Shown: piece after piece, positions 36,289-42,302 of the stretch | Position numbering within the stretch: position 1 is the first letter of the stretch | How the letters are laid out: each line of letters begins with the position of its first letter | Assembly (NCBI GenBank): GCA_035502185.1 | Contig: DATJUT010000011.1 | Span: 17,228 to 81,227 of the forward strand | Direction: 5' to 3' | DNA length: 64,000 nucleotides | DNA from: Gemmatimonadales bacterium | GTDB taxonomy: Bacteria > Gemmatimonadota > Gemmatimonadetes > Gemmatimonadales > JACORV01 | Notes under the pieces: generated by a model | Told to the model about the DNA's origin: nothing | Database searches by the model: none | Seen by the model: the letters and a program-made list of their open reading frames with translations, nothing else | Made by a program: the position numbers and the translations under genes

Positions 36289-37083
36289 TCAGATCCGCTC
36301 CGCGAACCAGGGCTCGAGCCGCCGGAAGGCGAGCACGCCGCCCGCGCAGCAGGCCGCCGCCACGCCCAGCGCATACGCGGTCCACGCCGGATCCGGCGCC
36401 CGGCGGCTCACCACGGCGTCGGCCAGGCCCACCAGGAGCGGCGCCACCGGGTTGAGGAGCGCCGTCGTGGCGTGGCGGCCGAAGATCTCGACCGGGTAGA
36501 ACACCGGCGTGAAGAAGACCGCGAAGGTGATCACCACGTCCACCAGGTACTTCACGTCCCGAAAGAACAGCGCCGCGGCCGACAGGAACATCCCCAGGCC
36601 GAGGCACAGCACCACCAGGCCGAGCACCAGCAGCGGCACCCACAGGAGCGCCAGGCTCGCGCCGACGCCCGCCAGCGCGAGGACCACCGTCAGCACGGCC
36701 GTGGCCACGCCGAAGTCGGCGAACTGCGACAGCACCGCCGCGACCGGGAACACCTCACGCGGCAGGTAGACCTTCGTCACCAGCTCGCTGTTGGCGATCA
36801 GGCTGTTGGTGGCGAAGCGCAGCGACGCGACGAAGAACGCCCACGGCACGGACTTGACCGCCACCGCCGCGAGGTTCCGGGTGTCCACGCTCCGGCCCGC
36901 GTACCAGCCCAGACCGTACTGGACCGCGACGCCGGCCCCGACCACCAGCGCGGGCATCAGGATGGCCCACAGGAATCCCATCACGGACTGCTTGTACTTG
37001 ATCCGGATGTCGCGCCAGGCCAGCATCGCCACCAGGTCCCACCAGCGCCGGAGGCCGCGGCGGCCGCTCACCGGCTGGCTCAT
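36289..37083 (-). CDS. ABC-2 type transporter permease (Wzm/TagG-like)
   Basis: This is the 3' part of tracked ORF 36289..38085. It begins MSQPVSGRRGLRRWWDLVAMLAWRDIRIKYKQSVMGFLWAILMP and has 6 hydrophobic segments. There is an ATGA overlap with the upstream stop. Confidence 0.9.
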   Translation of the reverse strand: MSQPVSGRRGLRRWWDLVAMLAWRDIRIKYKQSVMGFLWAILMPALVVGAGVAVQYGLGWYAGRSVDTRNLAAVAVKSVPWAFFVASLRFATNSLIANSELVTKVYLPREVFPVAAVLSQFADFGVATAVLTVVLALAGVGASLALLWVPLLVLGLVVLCLGLGMFLSAAALFFRDVKYLVDVVITFAVFFTPVFYPVEIFGRHATTALLNPVAPLLVGLADAVVSRRAPDPAWTAYALGVAAACCAGGVLAFRRLEPWFAERI

Positions 37084-38207
37084 GCGGCCCTCCCTCGCGC
37101 GCGTTCGCGCGCCACGGCGCGCCAGCCGCGATATGCCAGGCGCGCCACCCGGCCGGCAGCCCAGCGACGCGCCTGCCTCAGCGGACCCGTGCCCTCCACC
37201 ACCGGCGTGGCCGCGATGCCGAGCTCCGTGCGCGTCCCCTCCTCGAGCAGCCGCTCCCGGAAGCCGTCGCCACCGCGGCCGCCCAGGACCGTCAGCCTCC
37301 ACGCCAGCGCGCGGGCCACGTCGAACTCCGGCGCGTCCCCGCTCACCGGCGCCGGCGGCGGCCCGGCCAGGTCGGCGGCGGCCCGCAGCCACGCCCGCGC
37401 CAGGCGCGGGTCCACCTCCGCGCCGGTCGCGACTCGCGCAGCGAGCCGTTCCCAGTCGAGCGGCAAGCCCGAGGCGAGGATGGCCGCGGCGTCCAGGAAG
37501 CAGCGCAGCCGGAAGCCGGAGGCGCCGGCGACGAGCGCGTGAGTGAGTCCGTGCCACAGCAGCTCGGTCGCGGGCGGCACCCGGACGCGCACGCCGTGCC
37601 ACTCCAGCTCGTCGCCGCCGCTCGCCCTGAGCCAGGCCTCCGCGGCCGGGACCGCGCCTCCCGTGGACCGGTGCAGCTCCACGCCCACGCCGTGCGGCCC
37701 CTGCAGCGGCGGCGGATGGTAGTGGCCCGCCGGAGTGCGGGACGGGCTGCCGGCGAACGGCCAGCCGCGCGCCCGGAGGTCGTCCCAGACCCCCTGCACG
37801 TGCTCCGCCGGCAGCAGCACGTCCACGTCCACCGTCAGGCGCGCGTCGGCGCCCGGGTAGCGGGAGGCCGCCGCGCGCCGCGCCGTGCCCTTGATGAGCA
37901 CGCACGGAACGCCGCGCTCGCCCAGGTAGCGCACCAGCCCCTCCGCCTCGGCGTCCACGAGCAGGCATCGCGCCTGCTCGGCCGCCGCCCGGCCGCGGAG
38001 CGCCGTGCGCAGCTCGGCGGGAAGCGCGTCCTCGATGCCCAGCGCCCCGAGGCGCCGCAGCAGCCACTGCGTTCCGCCTTCCCACGCCAGCGCGCGCGCC
38101 ATCGGACGGCCGGCCACCCGGCTCCAGGCCGCGCGCAGGTCCGCCCCGTCCGGCGCCCCGCGGAGCCTGAGGGTGCGCACCAGGGTCACGGCTCCCTCCG
38201 CGATCAT
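37080..38207 (-). CDS. Nucleotidyltransferase-fold protein (uncharacterised NTP_transf_5 / PF14907-like)
   Basis: This is the 3' part of tracked ORF 37080..38426. It begins MIAEGAVTLVRTL and contains LIKGTARR...LTVDVDVLLPAEH...HHPPPL...VELH, as in that family. There is an ATGA overlap with the B2-like stop. Confidence 0.7.
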   Translation of the reverse strand: MIAEGAVTLVRTLRLRGAPDGADLRAAWSRVAGRPMARALAWEGGTQWLLRRLGALGIEDALPAELRTALRGRAAAEQARCLLVDAEAEGLVRYLGERGVPCVLIKGTARRAAASRYPGADARLTVDVDVLLPAEHVQGVWDDLRARGWPFAGSPSRTPAGHYHPPPLQGPHGVGVELHRSTGGAVPAAEAWLRASGGDELEWHGVRVRVPPATELLWHGLTHALVAGASGFRLRCFLDAAAILASGLPLDWERLAARVATGAEVDPRLARAWLRAAADLAGPPPAPVSGDAPEFDVARALAWRLTVLGGRGGDGFRERLLEEGTRTELGIAATPVVEGTGPLRQARRWAAGRVARLAYRGWRAVARERARGRAA

Positions 38208-38551
38208 CCGGCCGCCGGCGATGGGAACCGCGCGATCTCGGTGAATCGCGCGCTGTGCGCCGGATCCGGCTCGAGGTAGGGCGCCCCGTCCTTCACCAGC
38301 CACGCGTGCGCCGCCAGCGCGCCCGCCTCGTCCTTGCGCACGCCGATGTGCAGCGCCACCGGCCGGCCGGCCCGGCGCAGCAGCCAGTAGAGCACGACGC
38401 CGCGCTTGAGGCAGGTGTAGCGCCACGGCGGCGGCAGGCGATACAGCAGCTGGCCCACGTAGGCGGCCAGCAGGGTGTCCTCGGGCGCGGTAGGGCTCGC
38501 GCGCCGCGGCGTCGCGGCGGCCGCCCGCGCGATCCGCTCGAGCGAAACCAC
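38204..38551 (-). CDS. Transglutaminase-like cysteine protease, lasso-peptide B2-like (PF13471-like)
   Basis: Tracked 115-aa ORF with a GTG start. It contains YTCLKRGVVLYWLLRRAG...LHIGV...LAAHAWLVKDG (Cys...His pattern of McjB-C/B2 proteins). The frame is open upstream of the GTG with plausible N-terminal sequence but no ATG/GTG/TTG, so the 5' end is uncertain. Confidence 0.7.
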   Translation of the reverse strand: MVSLERIARAAAATPRRASPTAPEDTLLAAYVGQLLYRLPPPWRYTCLKRGVVLYWLLRRAGRPVALHIGVRKDEAGALAAHAWLVKDGAPYLEPDPAHSARFTEIARFPSPAAG

Positions 38552-38622
38552 CGACAGCAGCGGCGGAAGCGCGGCGCAGGCCGCCAGCGCACGCAGGCGC
38601 CAGGCGGGCGGGAGGTCCCCGC

Positions 38623-38898
38623 TCAGGGGCGCTCCTCCACCACCAGCACGCCCGTCTTCACGCCGCGCTCGACGAACTCGCGGGTCGTGTCGGTCGCCAC
38701 CGCCTCGGTCACCTCGTACCTGGCCGTGAGCACCGCCACCAGCTCGTCCAGGGTCTTCGGCGTCGCGAGCGCCTCGAGCAGGTCGAGGCCGCTCTCGCTC
38801 ACCGTGTAGTAGCGCCGCGTGCCGAGGTGGAGGGCCACGCCCTCGCCCTCGAGCGCCGTCAGCCTCAGCTCGGGATGCCGCCGGTAGCGGCGCGTCAT
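38623..38898 (-). CDS. PqqD-family peptide chaperone (RRE; lasso B1-like)
   Basis: This is the 3' part of tracked ORF 38623..39837. Its sequence is MTRRYRRHPELRLTALEGEGVALHLGTRRYYTVSESGLDLLEALATPKTLDELVAVLTARYEVTEAVATDTTREFVERGVKTGVLVVEERP. There is an ATGA overlap with the kinase-like stop. Confidence 0.75.
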   Translation of the reverse strand: MTRRYRRHPELRLTALEGEGVALHLGTRRYYTVSESGLDLLEALATPKTLDELVAVLTARYEVTEAVATDTTREFVERGVKTGVLVVEERP

Positions 38899-39815
38899 GG
38901 CACGAGCTCCATCAGCAGGTCGCGGCGGCGGAACAGGTCGGGCGCCAGGGCGACGCGGTAGCACCGCGCCTGGCGCGCGAGCGCGGTGAGCAGATCGAGA
39001 TGCTCCTGCGCCAGCTCCGGCTCGAGCACCACCCAGGCCGACCAGCGCACCAGCTCCGCCAGCGCCTCCCGCGCCGGGACCGGCGCCGCACTGGTGCGCT
39101 CGCCCTCGATCCGCGGGAACACCAGGATGCGAGGCTCCACGCGCGGCGCCCAGGTGCCGCCGAGATCCTCGGGGAAGAACGCACTCTTCCGACCGCCGCG
39201 CGCGGCGGTGCCTCCCGCGAGGCCGAGCAGCGCGCGGCCGGCGGGCCGCAACGCGACCGGGGCGCGCTGCGCCACGGCCTCGACGCTCGCCCGGCTCCGC
39301 ACCAGGAAGGCGGCGTCGTCGCACCCCACGGCCCAGCCCCACGAGGCCAGCAGCGCCGCCGTGGTGGACTTGCCCGACTGGGCGTTGCCCGCGAACAGCC
39401 AGTCGCGGCCCCGCGGGTCGCGGGCGAGGGCCGCGTGCACGTGGTGCCAGCCGGCGCGCCGCAACAGCAGGATCAGGACCACCGAGAAGAAGCTCTGCGC
39501 CAGCGGCTCCGGGTCCGCCAGCGCCGCGGGCGTGACCTCGACGACGGCGTCGTGCGCGCCGCCCGCGATCCGCGCGCGCGCCGGTGCGGCCAGCCAGCGG
39601 ACCCGGACGTCGCCCTGCGGCGGGCCGCTGCGGATCTCGATCCCGGGCTGCAGAAACGGCGCCCGCTCGTCCACCTCGTCTTCGGAAAGCGCCGGCACGG
39701 CCCGCAGCTCGATGCCCAGGGGCACCGGCGGCGCCAGGCGCATGCCGTCGATCCACGCCGCGACCCAGCTCACCAGCGCGTCGTCGTCCCCCGTCACCCC
39801 GATTCCCGCGCGCAT
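38895..39815 (-). CDS. HPr-kinase-C-terminal-like P-loop protein (HprK-related kinase)
   Basis: Tracked 306-aa ORF. It contains HVHAALARDPRGRDWLFAGNAQSGKSTTAALLASWGWAVGCDDAAF (Walker-A-like GKST followed by DD), as in HprK-related kinases of RiPP and EPS loci. Confidence 0.75.
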   Translation of the reverse strand: MRAGIGVTGDDDALVSWVAAWIDGMRLAPPVPLGIELRAVPALSEDEVDERAPFLQPGIEIRSGPPQGDVRVRWLAAPARARIAGGAHDAVVEVTPAALADPEPLAQSFFSVVLILLLRRAGWHHVHAALARDPRGRDWLFAGNAQSGKSTTAALLASWGWAVGCDDAAFLVRSRASVEAVAQRAPVALRPAGRALLGLAGGTAARGGRKSAFFPEDLGGTWAPRVEPRILVFPRIEGERTSAAPVPAREALAELVRWSAWVVLEPELAQEHLDLLTALARQARCYRVALAPDLFRRRDLLMELVP

Positions 39816-39834
39816 CAGCTAAGGGTGCGGGGGG

Positions 39835-39870
39835 CAAAGCAAACGCGCCAGCCCGCGAGGGGCTGGCGCG
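39835..39870 (-). terminator. Intrinsic-terminator-like hairpin between the small peptide ORF and the kinase-like gene
   Basis: An 11-bp perfect GC-rich stem (39844-39854 cgcgccagccc pairing with 39860-39870 gggctggcgcg) has a 5-nt loop. On the minus strand it is followed by TTTGCTTTG (39843-39835). It begins 24 nt after the peptide stop and ends 19 nt before ATG 39815. Confidence 0.5.
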
Positions 39871-39893
39871 TCCGCGACGCTACACTTCCGACG

Positions 39894-39995
39894 CTAGGTG
39901 GGGAGTCCGCCGCCGCCGGTTTCGCTCACCAGCGTCACCTCAGCCAGCGAGGCCTCCTCATTCAACGTCGGTGGCACGAAGGGCTTCCTCTCCAT
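39894..39995 (-). CDS. Candidate RiPP precursor peptide, 33 aa: MERKPFVPPTLNEEASLAEVTLVSETGGGGLPT
   Basis: It is too short for the ORF track; I translated it codon by codon from ATG 39995 to TAG 39894-39896. AAGGAGG at 40013-40007 lies 11 nt upstream. F6/P9/L11/T21 match the lasso leader positions Y-17/P-14/L-12/T-2 if cleavage follows L22. It sits directly upstream of the K-B1-B2 genes on the same strand. Confidence 0.55.
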   Translation of the reverse strand: MERKPFVPPTLNEEASLAEVTLVSETGGGGLPT

Positions 39996-40006
39996 AGACG
40001 GCTGTG

Positions 40007-40013
40007 CCTCCTT
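40007..40013 (-). promoter_or_regulatory. Shine-Dalgarno sequence (AAGGAGG) for the small peptide ORF
   Basis: The minus strand reads CCTCGGAAGGAGGCACAGCCGTCTATG. This is one of the clearest Shine-Dalgarno matches I noted by eye in the window. Confidence 0.5.
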
Positions 40014-40029
40014 CCGAGGGGCTGAAGTT

Positions 40030-40058
40030 CCGGATTCAGGGGACGTCGGTGAATCCGG
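40030..40058. repeat. Perfect 9-bp inverted repeat (ccggattca, 11 nt, tgaatccgg) just upstream of the peptide-gene RBS
   Basis: Read directly: 40030-40038 and 40050-40058 are exact reverse complements. The spacer contains a gacgtc palindrome. It lies in a locally less GC-rich stretch (caattcgcaattgg follows). Confidence 0.7.
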
Positions 40059-40270
40059 TGACCATCAATTCGCAATTGGCGGGCCCGATCGCACGCCTCG
40101 ACCCGCGCCACGCTAATCCGTTGTGCGACAGGCCATTACGATCCAGGGTCGGAGACCGCCCGTCGCCCGACCGTCGCGCTCGCGCAACGAAACCTGTGCT
40201 CCGGACGCACCGAGGTGCGTAGTGGCCGCAGCAGACCCGCCCCGGGGCCGCGGCTCGACCGCCGGCGCGG

Positions 40271-42247
40271 CTACCCGGCCCGCTCGACCTTCCAGTACAC
40301 GACGTACCGCTGGTCGAGTACCGAGTGGAACGGCGCGAGCGTGACGTCCTGCGCCTGCCCCGTGGTCCGGAACGCCAGCGGCTGCGGCTCGCCCGCGCGG
40401 CCCGAGGGTGCGCGGGTGCTCGAGGCGGCGCCGTCCGCGCCTCCGCTCACTCGCTCGATCCAGGTCGCCGGATCGTCGGACCGCACGCGCAGCGCCGGCA
40501 CGGGCGGCGGCTGGTAGGTGAACTCCGGCACCCTCCCCGGCCTGGTGGGCTCGGCCCGGCGGTTCGCGTCGGTGATGCCCTCGGTGCCCAGCATCCCGAC
40601 CAGCACGAGCGGTCCGTACATCACGGCCTGCACGGTCGGGTCGTCCGGCATCGCGTGCATGTGGAGCCCCATGGGCAGAGCGACCTCGAGCCGGTCGCCG
40701 TCCTTCCAGACGCGGTCCACGACGAAGTAGCCGCCGGGCGCGGCGAAGCCGTCGAGCGTTCTCCCGTTGAGCGCGGCCCCGCCGCCCCTGGTCCACGCCG
40801 GCACCCGCACCCGCAGCGCGAAGCGCGCGGGCCGCGCGCCGCGCACGGTGATGGCGGTGCCCGCCGCGTCGGGGAAGCGCGTGTCCTGCACCAGCCGCAC
40901 TCCCTTCTCGGCCCACTCCACCTCCGAGGCGATGAACTGGTTCACCCACACGCCGTCGTCGTCGTGGAACCAGATGCTGTCGCCGAACTTCGACGCCGAC
41001 TCGCTGCCGGTGCCGGTGCAGCACCAGAAGTCGTGGAGCGGCGTGCCGAACAGCTTCCAGTAGCCGCTCGCCAGCGGGACGTAGTAGAGCTTCTCGCCGT
41101 CCGCCGGGTGCTGGGTGCCGAGCACGCCGTTCCACAGCAGGCGCTCGTAGTAGTCGGCCGCCGCGGGATCCGCGGTCCAGCCGAACACGTGGCGGGCGAG
41201 CTTCAGCATGTTGTAGCTGGTGCAGCACTCCTGCGTGTCGCTGCTCAGCTCGGCCGCCAGGACGCCGGGCTCCGTGTTCCACCCCTCGCCGTTGCTGGTG
41301 CCGCCGGTGCAGTAGGCGCGCCGGGTCGAGACCTCGCGCCAGAAATACTCCGCCACGTCGCGGTAGCGTGCCTCGCCCGTCAGCTCGTAGCGGCGGGCGG
41401 CGCCGATGATCTTGGGAATGGTGGTGTTGACATGCAGGCCCTTCAGCTCGTCGCGCCCCGCCGCCAGCGGGCCGAAGACACGTTCGTGATCGAAGCGGTG
41501 GGCCAGCTCGGCATACCAGGCCGTGCCCGTGACGGCGGTGAGGTTGTACAGCAGCTCGTTCATCCCGCCGTACTCGCGCTCCAGCACGCGCGCCATCGCC
41601 TCGTCGCCCAGCGGCTGCGCCCACCCGGCGGTCCAGCGCGCCATCCCCTTCAGCACGTCCAGCGCCTGCGCGTTGCCCGTCAGCGTATGCATGTCCAGCA
41701 GGCCGGCCATGATCTTGTGGAGCGTGTAGAACGGCGCCCATACCGGGCGGCCCGCGCGCAGCCGGTCGAAGAACTCCTCCGGGAACGCGCTCAGGTACCC
41801 GTTGCCGAGCGCGTGCTGGCAGCGCGCCAGCTCCGCCACCATCAGGTCGCCGCGTGCCTTCACGTCGGCATCGCCCAGGCTCGTGGACATCAGCGCGCAC
41901 GCCGAGAGGTAGTGGCCGGTGTAGTGGCCGCGCAGCTCGTTCTCCGGCGCCTCCCAGCCGCCGAGCGGCACGGCCGCGGTGGGCAGTCCGGCGGTGAGGC
42001 GGAAGGTGTGCAGCAGGCGGTCGGGGTCGAGCCCCATCAGGTAGCGCCGATTCACCTGCATCGCGTCGAGAAACGGGCCGGGCAGGAGGCGCACCCGCGC
42101 CAGGTCGAACGGGCGCGCGACGGGCGCCGGGGCGGCGTCGCCGGCCGGCAGCGCCGGGGCAAGCCGCGCGCCGAGGCGCAGCCGGGCCAGGGGGACCGTC
42201 GCGGCCGCCGCCGCCAGGAAGTCCCTGCGTCTCATGGTACGCTCCAC
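40271..42247 (-). CDS. GH127-family beta-L-arabinofuranosidase-like protein (DUF1680), Tat signal
   Basis: Tracked 658-aa ORF. It has MRRRDFLAAAAA (twin-Arg). It contains YTGHYLSA, FYTLHKIMAGL, TQECCTSYNM and FWCCTGTGSE (Glu/Cys cluster as in the GH127 Zn/Cys site). Confidence 0.85.
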   Translation of the reverse strand: MERTMRRRDFLAAAAATVPLARLRLGARLAPALPAGDAAPAPVARPFDLARVRLLPGPFLDAMQVNRRYLMGLDPDRLLHTFRLTAGLPTAAVPLGGWEAPENELRGHYTGHYLSACALMSTSLGDADVKARGDLMVAELARCQHALGNGYLSAFPEEFFDRLRAGRPVWAPFYTLHKIMAGLLDMHTLTGNAQALDVLKGMARWTAGWAQPLGDEAMARVLEREYGGMNELLYNLTAVTGTAWYAELAHRFDHERVFGPLAAGRDELKGLHVNTTIPKIIGAARRYELTGEARYRDVAEYFWREVSTRRAYCTGGTSNGEGWNTEPGVLAAELSSDTQECCTSYNMLKLARHVFGWTADPAAADYYERLLWNGVLGTQHPADGEKLYYVPLASGYWKLFGTPLHDFWCCTGTGSESASKFGDSIWFHDDDGVWVNQFIASEVEWAEKGVRLVQDTRFPDAAGTAITVRGARPARFALRVRVPAWTRGGGAALNGRTLDGFAAPGGYFVVDRVWKDGDRLEVALPMGLHMHAMPDDPTVQAVMYGPLVLVGMLGTEGITDANRRAEPTRPGRVPEFTYQPPPVPALRVRSDDPATWIERVSGGADGAASSTRAPSGRAGEPQPLAFRTTGQAQDVTLAPFHSVLDQRYVVYWKVERAG

Positions 42248-42302
42248 GTGGGGTGGATGTCCTGCACCCTATGGGCCGCGCCGGCGCCGGTCAAGTCGCG
42301 GC

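Noticed and set aside
39894-39926. GGGG followed by C-terminal LPT, which resembles pieces of sortase chemistry (LPXTG sorting signal and oligo-Gly nucleophile)
   Set aside because: The motif is truncated: there is no residue after the Thr, no hydrophobic or charged sorting tail, and no sortase gene in the window. It is most likely coincidental.
39894-39995. Interpretation of the small peptide as a genuine lasso peptide
   Set aside because: The predicted core is only 11 residues and starts with Val. Its single acidic residue is at position 3, whereas a lasso macrolactam needs Asp/Glu at position 7-9 plus a tail. No AsnB-like cyclase is adjacent. I keep the lasso-type leader but reject the lasso topology.
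39898-40116. 72-aa plus-strand ORF (and 40004..40222, 40123..40344)
   Set aside because: It has no RBS, a low-complexity composition and no neighbours on that strand. It is antisense to the small peptide ORF, which has a strong SD and a functional context.
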